DNA of 64,000 bases from the IMG/VR virus record IMGVR_UViG_3300008111_000017. The stretch is one strand, 5' to 3'. Position numbers and translations under genes: made by a program. Of this stretch, positions 1-9,144 are shown one piece after another (the first letter of the stretch is position 1; each line of letters begins with the position of its first letter). The DNA comes from an uncultured virus (IMG/VR IMGVR_UViG_3300008111_000017). Lineage: Duplodnaviria; Heunggongvirae; Uroviricota; Caudoviricetes. The notes under the pieces are model-generated. The model saw nothing but the letters and a program-made list of their open reading frames with translations. It had not been told where the DNA came from and made no database searches.

Positions 1-3000
1 CAACCGACGGGGGTAGCTCCATCAGTTGATATACCTCCTGCGCCTATTGCGGAAACGTCACTGGGCGCTCCTGTTGCGGAGAATACGCCGCCAATCTCCG
101 CATCTCCTGTTGCAGAAATGCCACAGCCTGCGCCGCGCCAAGGGCTGAACGCTGTTGAAGACGCAGCCGAAAAGGTCGGACCTGTAGGTGCGCTTCGCCA
201 ATTGGCGCAGCGTAATCCTAAGTACGCACCAATTGCTAATGCAGTTGCCGACCGTATCGAAGAACTGCAAGCAGTCGGAGCTACGATCAATTTAAACATT
301 GTTGCGGCGAATGATCCCGCGCCGAATTACATGGCGACCAATCCCGAAGTTGGTGGCATGTCTATGCCGGACGCCACTAACCGACGGAACGATGTCTATA
401 TTTCTGCGGTATCTTTGGGTCGATACGAAAATAAACCTTTCGATTTTGATCAGGCGCTATTGCACGAGATGATCCACGCCGTAACGTTGGCGCAAATCAA
501 GTCGGTGTTTGATCAAAGGACCGCGGGAACCGTACCGTCGCAGGGCGTTAAAGACTTACTGTCGCTGTTTAATGAAGTGGTCGGCCATTTCAACAAGCGC
601 GTCAAAGCCGGAAACCTTAGCGAAACAGAGGTAAACCTCCTTGGCCGCAGAAACCAAGGGCTCAAAGACATCTATGAGTTTGTTGCATGGGGTATGACAA
701 ACCCCGAGTTCCAGCAATATCTCGACGCGATTCCGTACAACAAGACGCCGCGCTCTATGTTCTCCGAGTTTGTTAACGCGGTGCGCGCAGCGTTAGGTAT
801 TCCCGCGAAAGAGAAATCTGCGCTCACGGGTCTTATTCGCTCTTTCGATAAGATGATGGCCGAACCCGCGTCCAACGTTGACCGCAATATGCAGCGTATG
901 CAGGCCGCGTTAAACAGCCAAGCCAAGGCTATGGCGGCAAAAGCCGCGCAGTCTACAACCGGACCCGCCATCACTAACCCAGACGGTCCAGAACTGGCGG
1001 CTGCGGCAGAACCTATGTCTACGACTGACGATGACGCAGTGTTTGCTATTCAGAAAGTTGAAGCCGCTACGCTTGACCCAAACTTCCGTAGCCAAGTTGT
1101 GCTTGCGCTGCGTGACGAGTTCCGTAAACTCGGCTTTGGTTCTAACATTCCGTTGGCGCTTGAGTTCTCTGACCAAGCTGGTGCTGCGGCGATGCTCAAG
1201 ACAGAGAACGGTAAGCAGACAATCGTTATAGCCCTTGGCTTAGCCAACAATACCCGCGATGTGCCAGGTGCTATTCAGGCTATGCGACCATTCTTGACAC
1301 ATGAAGTTGTCGAGTTTGCGCAGAAGCATGATCTGCTTAAGCCTGAAGAACGTACAGTTCTACTTGACTATGCAAAGACCCACAAAGCTGCTGACGGCAA
1401 GACCCTCTATGAAACTGTCGTCGAGCGCTACGGCGATCTAGCCCGAGCAAACAATCAGCCTGAAGCCTATCTTGAGCGTGAAGCAATCGCTTATGCGACC
1501 GAATATCTGACACGGCTCAACCCGCAGAAGTGGGGTGATTCTCCACAGAATCCAAGCAGCGCTGCGCGCCAACGCCGCCGCGCTGACCCTCGTGCAAAGA
1601 ACAAGCCAAGTGCAGAAACCAAAGCCGCCAACAGCTTCAAAGACAAGATTATCGCCTTTGGCAAATCGTTGTTTAAGGGCTTAGAGAAAGCCTATCCGAC
1701 AAAGACTGCTGACGGTAGCACGCTTGCCCAAGACATCGCGTTGCGCTTGGCTAAAGGCGACATCGCGCACCGCGCCAGAACCAATCCTCGCTTTGTTCAA
1801 GAAGTGAATTTCGCGGGTTGGTCAGCACCTCCGGCAGAAATTAAAGTTCTAGGCACGCAACTGCGCAACTACTTAGACAGTATGGGTTTGTCAGACGTTG
1901 GCTTGCGTATGGCAACGGGTATCCTGAACTCTGACGGGAAGACGTGGAGTGCTGCGGCTTCCGGCACGATGGGTTCTTATTATGCACGTACGATCACGGT
2001 TTCTATGGAAGCCTACAACCCGAACCTGACCTACGAGCAAAACCTAAAGAACCTGATCAAAATCGTAGATCATGAAGTGGTACACGCTTTGCGCGCGACA
2101 GGTGCGTGGTCTCCTAACGAATGGATGAGCATTACGAAGTATGTTCGTACCGCTAAAGACCCGATCACGGGCGAGACCTACTTTGAGAAAGCGCAGCGCC
2201 ACTACGGTTCATACGTTAAAGGTATGCAGCCAGCGGTCGCACAGGACGTGCTGAACGAAGAAGCCGTGGCTATGGCGTTTGCTGATAACTTTGACATTCG
2301 CATTCCTCGGCCAACCGGACCAAAGCGTTTGCTTGACCGCATCGCAGAAGTCACCCTTGGCTTAGCCCGCGCTATGCACGCAACAGGCAGACCATCGGCA
2401 GAATTGCTTATGGCAAATGGCAACAGCGTGTCTGAAGCTGTGCGTGCAGGTGTTGCAGCCAAGAACCGCCGCGAGCGTGGGGCGTCTTCGCCGGCAGAAA
2501 CTTCCGTCAAGTTTTCAATTGCTCCAGATAAAATGGCGAACGTAAATCCCGCCATGGACCCAGACGCTGAAGACGTATTCAACCAACTAAACAGTATTGA
2601 TCCGATCGCTGACTTCTTCGAAAAGTCTAAAGAGCAATTGGCCGATCTATTCGCTGTTATCGAGCGCCGAGTGCCGTGGACGCAAAAGGCTCCGGGTGCG
2701 CGCATGTTCGCCCCGATGGCAGAGGTTGAAGGTCACGACGCGTTTAAGACGCTAAAAGGTCGCACGGTGGGTGCGATCCATGAATTAAAAGAAACGACGG
2801 CTAAGCTGCTCGAAGAAGGCTTGCGCCTGACGCAGAAGAACCCCGCTGCGCGCGACGCAGTGAACGCATATCTGGAAACTAAAGGCGCTGATCCATACAG
2901 CCCGCGCCTACCATCCGGCGCAAAGAACCCTGCTTATATCGAGAACAAACGTCTGCGCGACATTACGATTGCGGCCAAAGAGCGTATCCGTATGCACGGT

Positions 3001-3120
3001 CGCATTGCCGTAGACCTCGGCTTCATCAGCCAAGAGGCTTTTGATAATCTCGACGGCGCTTACTTGCACCACATGGACATTACGTCTGATCGCAAAGTTA
3101 TCAACAGTCAACGTTTGTAA
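1..3120 (+). CDS. Giant polyvalent virion/ejection protein, N-terminal part (5' end lies outside the window), with zincin-like metallopeptidase domains
   Basis: Frame is open from base 1 (QPTGVAPSVD...). Motifs ALLHEMIHA, degenerate THEVVEF and DHEVVHALR, each followed by a downstream E (YEFVAW, EREAIA, NEEAVA). Sits at the end of the virion module. Confidence 0.7.
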   Translation, partial: QPTGVAPSVDIPPAPIAETSLGAPVAENTPPISASPVAEMPQPAPRQGLNAVEDAAEKVGPVGALRQLAQRNPKYAPIANAVADRIEELQAVGATINLNIVAANDPAPNYMATNPEVGGMSMPDATNRRNDVYISAVSLGRYENKPFDFDQALLHEMIHAVTLAQIKSVFDQRTAGTVPSQGVKDLLSLFNEVVGHFNKRVKAGNLSETEVNLLGRRNQGLKDIYEFVAWGMTNPEFQQYLDAIPYNKTPRSMFSEFVNAVRAALGIPAKEKSALTGLIRSFDKMMAEPASNVDRNMQRMQAALNSQAKAMAAKAAQSTTGPAITNPDGPELAAAAEPMSTTDDDAVFAIQKVEAATLDPNFRSQVVLALRDEFRKLGFGSNIPLALEFSDQAGAAAMLKTENGKQTIVIALGLANNTRDVPGAIQAMRPFLTHEVVEFAQKHDLLKPEERTVLLDYAKTHKAADGKTLYETVVERYGDLARANNQPEAYLEREAIAYATEYLTRLNPQKWGDSPQNPSSAARQRRRADPRAKNKPSAETKAANSFKDKIIAFGKSLFKGLEKAYPTKTADGSTLAQDIALRLAKGDIAHRARTNPRFVQEVNFAGWSAPPAEIKVLGTQLRNYLDSMGLSDVGLRMATGILNSDGKTWSAAASGTMGSYYARTITVSMEAYNPNLTYEQNLKNLIKIVDHEVVHALRATGAWSPNEWMSITKYVRTAKDPITGETYFEKAQRHYGSYVKGMQPAVAQDVLNEEAVAMAFADNFDIRIPRPTGPKRLLDRIAEVTLGLARAMHATGRPSAELLMANGNSVSEAVRAGVAAKNRRERGASSPAETSVKFSIAPDKMANVNPAMDPDAEDVFNQLNSIDPIADFFEKSKEQLADLFAVIERRVPWTQKAPGARMFAPMAEVEGHDAFKTLKGRTVGAIHELKETTAKLLEEGLRLTQKNPAARDAVNAYLETKGADPYSPRLPSGAKNPAYIENKRLRDITIAAKERIRMHGRIAVDLGFISQEAFDNLDGAYLHHMDITSDRKVINSQRL

Positions 3121-5543
3121 GTGAAGACGAACGCACGTTGCGCGGTGCGGTGTCTAACCCATTCGTGTCTATCGGCACGTATCTCTCGTTGTCCGGCGAA
3201 GCCTTCCTGATTGACCGTATGTACGATCACATGTTGCAATGGTCCAAGGACAGGTCTGAAGCAGGTGGCCGCCCTTGGGTCATGGACACAGAACACATGA
3301 TCAACTGGCGCGGACAGGATTGGTCTCCCGCTGCGGTCGAAGCTGAGATTGAGTTCTTGCGCGGCGATGTTACCGACATGGCACGGCCAACGGGTGTGCC
3401 AGACGCTAAACACGACGCCAAGATGGCGACGATTGAACGCGCTCTTAAAGAATCACGGGCTCTCCTTTTGCGCAATCCGCTGTGGCAGAAGATGCACGAC
3501 ACGACTGCGGCTGAAATCTCCCAGATGCTCGGCGTCGATCCCGCTCAAGCCGACTTAGCTAAACTTGACAATGTTACGATCCAGCAAGTCTACGATACTG
3601 TGCTGCGTCGCAGACCTAAAGTGCGTAACGAACTTGACGGACCCGCTGGCGCGCTTGCGGACATGGCAAAAGATAGTGTCGGTGCGGGTGCTAAGTTTAT
3701 CGGCAACGACTATGTAGAAATTCCAGATACCGCGCGGTGGGGCCGCTTGCGTGGTATGGCGGTTGATCGTGCGCTGTATGACATCATGAATGCTACCGGC
3801 GCGATGTTTACAAAAACAGTGGAAGACCGAGCGCAAGTTGTCAGCAAAGAAGAAAAAGCTGATCCGATGTCGCTGCTTCGCAAAGTCATAAGCCCCGAAG
3901 CCTATATGATTATGCACTCGACGTTCAAAAAACTGAACACTGTTTACAACCTGCCAACCCACGGTACGAACTGGGCAGGTAACTTGGTCATGTTTGAGAC
4001 AATGGGCGGGGCTTTACCAGGTGAAAGCGCACGCTACGCTTATGAAGCCGCTAAGCAATTGATCAACGGCGGTCCTGCCTTTGACATCGTGCGTAAATAT
4101 GGCGGCGTGCAGACCGGCCAAATGGCATCAGAAATTACGAACCTGACAAACCCACGCATCCAAGCAGCTTTGGCTGAAGCGCTTGACGGGTTTGATATAG
4201 ACGATCCAAAAGCGTCTGCGATGAACCTTGGCCGACGCATATTGGCCGCAGCAAATAAGCTCGATACAAATATGTCGAATGCTTATCAGCTTTCCGATAC
4301 TTTGTTCCGCGTTGCTAAAGTGCAAATGGATATGGACCGTGGGCTTACGGAAACTGAAGCGTTCCTGAACGCGCAAGATTTGTATCTTGATTATACGATC
4401 GTGCCAAACTTCATTCGCTTCATCCGCACGATGCCGTTCGGTGCGCCGTTTATCTCGTGGACATATCTCTCGACAGGATTGTTCTTAGATAAAATGGGTA
4501 GTTCGGCTGTCATACACCGCAATAATGAGGAGTTTGACGAGGACGGAAACCCGAAAGAAATTCGTATTCCGCACGTTTTCTTGATGATGCCAATGGTTGC
4601 AGTGTTCGCAGCTATGTCTGCGATATTCCGAGCCGATGACTTTGAAGACGAAGATCAAAAATATCTCGAAGTCGGCCTTCCAAAGTTCACTGACGGCGGC
4701 GTTGGTCTTGCTTTCGTTGGTGTAGACGATCAAGGTCGTCCAGTATTCTTTGACTGGATGAAATACTTTGCAGGCGGTACGTTGTTCCGCATCGGTGCGG
4801 GTATGGATAACCTACGCGAAAGCGATAACCGCCCTGTCGGGTTTGCAGGTATTCTCAAAGAACTGGGTATGGGTTCTGATCCTGCCACCGCGCTTTATAA
4901 TATCTGGATCAACAGTAAAGACCCGAACTCCGGTAAGCCATTAGACAAGCCACTGTCTACTGGAAGTGAGGCTTTTGCCTCTCAGGTCGGGGCCACGGTT
5001 GGTTTGTTCTTGCCTCCCATGTTGACGCCGGGGGGTAGTAACCCAATTTTAGGCGATTACGGTATCACAAATGCGGCTGCAAACCGTGACAGCCCGACGG
5101 TTGCTTATGAGCAAGGCAGACCTGCGTTGGCGCTAAGCCAGAAGCTATTGCGATTGACGGGCGCAGGTATCTACGTGACTGATCCGATGCCTGATCTGGA
5201 TAAGAAGGCTAAGGAAGCTACGCGCGTCCGCAGTACCGTGCAATCCGAACTACGCCAAGCCATGAAAGATGAAGGCTTATCTCCTGACGTGCGCGATAAA
5301 AAGATTCTTGAGATCAACAAACGTTACGAACGCGCAATGGAACGTGAAGAAAAAGCTAAAGCTATGTTAGCTGAAATCGGTCCGTTCTATGAGCGCTTGC
5401 GCGCGGTGACTATCGCAAAGAGCGGCATTGATCCGGCAATTGCGAACGCAGAGACTTTAGCGAAACGCAAAGATAAAACTACTCAAGAAGAAGTGCTTGA
5501 GAGAATCCGCATTGCTCAAGGTTTAGAAGACGCCAGAAACTAA
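3090..5543 (+). CDS. Giant virion/ejection protein, C-terminal part (probable frameshifted continuation of 1-3120)
   Basis: Frame is open from 3090. The TTG at 3138 has no clear RBS. The C-terminus (LYLDY, PFISW, DPNSGKPL) resembles the ends of large polyvalent ejection proteins. Confidence 0.6.
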   Translation, partial: SQSYQQSTFVSEDERTLRGAVSNPFVSIGTYLSLSGEAFLIDRMYDHMLQWSKDRSEAGGRPWVMDTEHMINWRGQDWSPAAVEAEIEFLRGDVTDMARPTGVPDAKHDAKMATIERALKESRALLLRNPLWQKMHDTTAAEISQMLGVDPAQADLAKLDNVTIQQVYDTVLRRRPKVRNELDGPAGALADMAKDSVGAGAKFIGNDYVEIPDTARWGRLRGMAVDRALYDIMNATGAMFTKTVEDRAQVVSKEEKADPMSLLRKVISPEAYMIMHSTFKKLNTVYNLPTHGTNWAGNLVMFETMGGALPGESARYAYEAAKQLINGGPAFDIVRKYGGVQTGQMASEITNLTNPRIQAALAEALDGFDIDDPKASAMNLGRRILAAANKLDTNMSNAYQLSDTLFRVAKVQMDMDRGLTETEAFLNAQDLYLDYTIVPNFIRFIRTMPFGAPFISWTYLSTGLFLDKMGSSAVIHRNNEEFDEDGNPKEIRIPHVFLMMPMVAVFAAMSAIFRADDFEDEDQKYLEVGLPKFTDGGVGLAFVGVDDQGRPVFFDWMKYFAGGTLFRIGAGMDNLRESDNRPVGFAGILKELGMGSDPATALYNIWINSKDPNSGKPLDKPLSTGSEAFASQVGATVGLFLPPMLTPGGSNPILGDYGITNAAANRDSPTVAYEQGRPALALSQKLLRLTGAGIYVTDPMPDLDKKAKEATRVRSTVQSELRQAMKDEGLSPDVRDKKILEINKRYERAMEREEKAKAMLAEIGPFYERLRAVTIAKSGIDPAIANAETLAKRKDKTTQEEVLERIRIAQGLEDARN

Positions 5544-5833
5544 TCCTTTGGTTTCTGGTAGTCTTGTGCTTGGCTTGCTACCGCAGTTGTCAAAGCTCCT
5601 AAAGCAAAACCGCACACCGCGGTCATGGGTAATTTGCTGTGGTAGTTAGACCAATAGGTGTCGAACACCCCACTGTCTGTAGCTAAGGTCAACACATAAG
5701 ACTGTGGCTTATCGCCTACACCTTGGGCAAACATATCATATGACTTGGTAACAAAGTCCAAGAAATCCTGACGCGCTTGGTCTCCTGCTACAATCGGATC
5801 ACCTGTCAAGCTCACTACGTTATCCATATTCAC
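5540..5833 (-). CDS. Hypothetical protein
   Basis: 97-aa ORF coupled to the primase stop; converges on the virion module. Confidence 0.6.
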   Translation of the reverse strand: MNMDNVVSLTGDPIVAGDQARQDFLDFVTKSYDMFAQGVGDKPQSYVLTLATDSGVFDTYWSNYHSKLPMTAVCGFALGALTTAVASQAQDYQKPKD

Positions 5834-7722
5834 CCCTTATAAACTAGCCATTGTTTACCGTCGTGTGCTTCTTTCGAGATCACACCAATCTTAATCGCAT
5901 GAGCTAAGCACTCTGTATGCGCAGCCCGAGACATACCATCAGACATTGATGTTTCCAGTAGAGCTTGCGTATTGATTAGCTTCTGCCCTAAGTCTGTCTC
6001 ATGGTTCGTGATACTAGCCAAGTAGCTTACGTTACCTAGCCAGTTATCGTATGCCTTTGGTATCTTCTCGGCTTTTTCTGGTTCACTGACAGACTGCACA
6101 TAGCAAGACTTGATCTCGCGTCCACGACTATCAATCCCGAGTGAATAGGTCGGCAATTCAAACCAGCCAATGTCGCGCGGTGCATTACCTTCTTTCAGCT
6201 TTGCCAATACAAGGGTACGGACTGGAGCTTGTGGGTCTTCGCGTTCAATCCGCAACATAAAGTCAGAGTTGTTAAAGATCGCAGTTGCGCCGCGTTCTGA
6301 TTTGCCATTGGCCGCAGGGTGGTGCGTGATCATCACCAAGACAGCTAATTTCTCCGACATGTGGTTCAGCTTAGCCAAGGCTTGAGCTACTTGAGAGTTA
6401 TCGTTTTCATCTTCAACCAATCCTGTCGATGAAAGCGTATCAAATACGAGCAAGCGAACAGGCTTCTTGAAGTGCTCGCGCATCGCTTTCATCTTAAACT
6501 CTACGTCTTGCATCATCTCGATAAAGGCTTCTTCATCGTAGAGCCCGCCCGCACTACGACCAGCGATAGCCAAGTCTTTAGCTTCAGTCTGTAGGGCTGC
6601 AAGTCTGCGCCGCATACCGGACTTACCTTCACCTGCGATAATGATTGTCCCACCATCTTCATCAGGACTTGTACCAAAGAACTCTGATTTGGTAGACAAG
6701 GCACGCGCGATGTCGAGCATCAGAAAAGACTTACCCGAGTAGCTTGGTCCAGATAGAAAGCCAACGCCGTAAGCAGGGAGCATCTCGTGGAACAACCACG
6801 CTTCGTCTGTATCAAGTGGATCGCCGGCAAAGAACCAGTTTTTATCGTGAAGCTGCGGTGGTTTGATTGAAGCGAGCCCGTCAACTGCTGCGGCTAAAGA
6901 CAATTCTCCTGGCTGTCCTGAAGCAAACTTAAAAGCATTGTCAACTTTTGTCTTGAGATCATCAAACTCCCAAGGCGGTTCACAACGATCGTTCCAATAG
7001 TCGAGCATTAAACCAAAGGCAGTCTCTTTTGTGATACCAAGTTGGCGGAGATAGGCTGCGGTTTGAAAAGTGTGTAGATCGCCGCCATCGCCTTCGATTG
7101 CCGGAGCATGGCTTTCAAGCCAAGAGCGGGCGGAAGAAATATCGAGCAGAGATTCTTCTAGGATTTCACCAGTGTCGCTGACTTTGCGTTCACGCCGTTG
7201 ACCTGCGGCTTGCTGGATAAAGGCCGGAGCTTTCTTGGTGTCGTGGTCGGCGATGACAACATAGGCTCCACCTGTGCCTTTATTGTCGATCAGGCTACCG
7301 TCTAGGAAAGAACCTGGCCCTACGACATATCCACCTTCCCCGCGAATATCTACCCCGTCACCGAGCTTCTGTACGCTATTGCCGACAGGTGTGTCAGTCT
7401 TATAGTAATAGTGCCTGCCGCCTGATGGGCTTTGCACGACAAAGGTATCTAGCTCAAGCCCAAGTAGCTCGCAGATTTCGATACCTTGGCGACCGTCTTT
7501 GATGTCGGCGTCAACAACGAGAAGCCCGCTTGTCGATACACCGATGTTGTGAAGGGTAGGTTCACCCATAACCCCTGACCACATCTCATAGACTTTATCT
7601 GGATCAGATGTGGCACGCTCTTGCCATGACTTAGACTGCGGGATTTTCAGGCTTTCGACGAGGGGGAAAACATGAAACCCGCGCTTTGCCAAAGCAACCG
7701 CGTGTTCTCTCATATTTGTCAT
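5830..7722 (-). CDS. Bifunctional primase-polymerase fused to a RecA-fold (AAA_25-like) helicase
   Basis: Prim-pol motifs GFHVFPL, LLVVDAD, SPSGGRHYY, DIRGEGGYVVGPGS; Walker A GPSYSGKS; Walker B LLVFDT. Start chosen at the ATGA overlap with the upstream stop. Confidence 0.9.
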   Translation of the reverse strand: MTNMREHAVALAKRGFHVFPLVESLKIPQSKSWQERATSDPDKVYEMWSGVMGEPTLHNIGVSTSGLLVVDADIKDGRQGIEICELLGLELDTFVVQSPSGGRHYYYKTDTPVGNSVQKLGDGVDIRGEGGYVVGPGSFLDGSLIDNKGTGGAYVVIADHDTKKAPAFIQQAAGQRRERKVSDTGEILEESLLDISSARSWLESHAPAIEGDGGDLHTFQTAAYLRQLGITKETAFGLMLDYWNDRCEPPWEFDDLKTKVDNAFKFASGQPGELSLAAAVDGLASIKPPQLHDKNWFFAGDPLDTDEAWLFHEMLPAYGVGFLSGPSYSGKSFLMLDIARALSTKSEFFGTSPDEDGGTIIIAGEGKSGMRRRLAALQTEAKDLAIAGRSAGGLYDEEAFIEMMQDVEFKMKAMREHFKKPVRLLVFDTLSSTGLVEDENDNSQVAQALAKLNHMSEKLAVLVMITHHPAANGKSERGATAIFNNSDFMLRIEREDPQAPVRTLVLAKLKEGNAPRDIGWFELPTYSLGIDSRGREIKSCYVQSVSEPEKAEKIPKAYDNWLGNVSYLASITNHETDLGQKLINTQALLETSMSDGMSRAAHTECLAHAIKIGVISKEAHDGKQWLVYKG

Positions 7723-8009
7723 ACAGATTTTTCCCGCCACTTAATGTAGAGCGCGTCTGATTTCCAGAGCTTATAGGTGTTGCGTGTCTTGCCCGGTCTA
7801 ATACGCTCCGGCACACCAAGCCTCACGAACTTACGATTGAGCCTAGCCAAGAATGGTCCAAGCCTCTGTTGGTTTTGCCGCGGCGTACCCGGTATCTGAC
7901 CCGGACACACCATTGCAAACAGTGTCGAGATTTGGACTTCTTGGTTTTTGTCTGCACGCATAGCGCGGAGAACCGCTCTTTGTGTTGGGCCAAAAGCATC
8001 ACTTGCCAT
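7719..8009 (-). CDS. Small basic protein, possible winged-helix DNA-binding protein
   Basis: 96-aa basic ORF overlapping both neighbours. Confidence 0.5.
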   Translation of the reverse strand: MASDAFGPTQRAVLRAMRADKNQEVQISTLFAMVCPGQIPGTPRQNQQRLGPFLARLNRKFVRLGVPERIRPGKTRNTYKLWKSDALYIKWREKSV

Positions 8010-9144
8010 ACATCACCGCCTCTATGAATCCTGCCGCTTGGTGCGCGTTAATCGCGTTGCCGAAGGCGCGCAGGCGTCCCATTCTGGCGGGAGACCCATT
8101 AACCAAGCAGAATGTTTCGGGTCTAACTGGCCTCCACTTTCCATCTCTGCAAAAGAGCCAGTCAGCATCTTCCCAGAAACCGTTAGTCGGGCCGGACCGT
8201 CTTCCGTGGACCAGTTGGCTAGCTGCGTAAAATCGTTCAAGTCCGAACTCCGGCCCTCCGCCCCGACGCGCTTCGCTTGCCCCGACTTCCAGTCGCGTGC
8301 TTGTGGTGTCGGCCAGCCCGAGAGACACACTTGCGCTCCCAAGTCCGGTCCCTTGTTCCTCAAGGCTTCCGCTAACCCGCCCTCGAATGTCCGAACTCCC
8401 TTGTCCGCTAAGCTCGCTGTCGGTGTCGGCCAACCCGCTAACTCTACTGTCTTCCGAGAAGAGTCGTTGTTCCCCGCTGCACTGTTCCCGTTCCTCGCCG
8501 GAGTTCCTGCCATCGGTGTCGGCCAACCCGCTACTCCCACTAGCATTGAGAGTTCCACCGATTTCCCGATTTTCATGCGTCTCTGAATCGCCGGATCGCC
8601 CCAAGAACCCCTGTCCCGATTGTCCGATGCGCAGGGAGTCGGCCACCCAGTAAAGCCTTTGCCTGATGTGCGGCGCGCCGAAGCCCGCAGCGCAGGTATC
8701 TGCCGCCCTGACGGCGTAGTCCGAACTTTCCAAGTCATCGAATACAAGGTCGAGCCAAGTAAGCCCGTCAGCACTCGCAACCTGTTCACCCATGATTGTT
8801 CTAGGACGTTCTGCTTCGATGAGCCTGAAGAAGTCGGGCCACAAATGTCGTTCATCTTCAAATCCTTTTCCCTCTCCTGCCGAACTAAACGGTTGGCACG
8901 GACAACTCCCTGTCCACACTGGCCTGTCGTCATCCCATCCTGCCAAGCGCAGTGCGTAAGACCAGACGCCGATACCTGCAAAGAAGTGACATTGCGTGAA
9001 ACCTTTTAGGTCATCGGGCGTTACGTCTTTAATGCTGCGGCGATCTACTACCCCGTCTGCGATATGACCTGCGGCAATCAAGTTCTCTAACCACTGCGCG
9101 GCGTATTCGTCGATCTCGTTATAATACGCACCTTTACTTGCCAT
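7999..9144 (-). CDS. C5-cytosine DNA methyltransferase, alpha-type polypeptide
   Basis: Motif I FFAGIG, IV GSCPCQPFS, VI EQV, VIII PHIRQRLY, X RLRAFGNAI; no motif IX in this frame. Confidence 0.9.
   Translation of the reverse strand: MASKGAYYNEIDEYAAQWLENLIAAGHIADGVVDRRSIKDVTPDDLKGFTQCHFFAGIGVWSYALRLAGWDDDRPVWTGSCPCQPFSSAGEGKGFEDERHLWPDFFRLIEAERPRTIMGEQVASADGLTWLDLVFDDLESSDYAVRAADTCAAGFGAPHIRQRLYWVADSLRIGQSGQGFLGRSGDSETHENREIGGTLNASGSSGLADTDGRNSGEEREQCSGEQRLFSEDSRVSGLADTDSELSGQGSSDIRGRVSGSLEEQGTGLGSASVSLGLADTTSTRLEVGASEARRGGGPEFGLERFYAASQLVHGRRSGPTNGFWEDADWLFCRDGKWRPVRPETFCLVNGSPARMGRLRAFGNAINAHQAAGFIEAVMYGK
8022..8855 (-). CDS. C5 methyltransferase beta-type polypeptide nested in an alternative frame (WPTP repeats plus motif IX)
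   Basis: AAGGA RBS 7 nt before ATG 8855; four GWPTP repeats; C-terminal GQLDPKHSAWLMGLPPEW resembles motif IX. Confidence 0.75.
   Translation of the reverse strand: MNDICGPTSSGSSKQNVLEQSWVNRLRVLTGLLGSTLYSMTWKVRTTPSGRQIPALRASARRTSGKGFTGWPTPCASDNRDRGSWGDPAIQRRMKIGKSVELSMLVGVAGWPTPMAGTPARNGNSAAGNNDSSRKTVELAGWPTPTASLADKGVRTFEGGLAEALRNKGPDLGAQVCLSGWPTPQARDWKSGQAKRVGAEGRSSDLNDFTQLANWSTEDGPARLTVSGKMLTGSFAEMESGGQLDPKHSAWLMGLPPEWDACAPSATRLTRTKRQDS

Noticed and set aside
7948..8586. 212-aa plus-strand ORF opposite the methyltransferase
   Set aside because: Antisense mirror of the repeat region; no RBS and against operon direction
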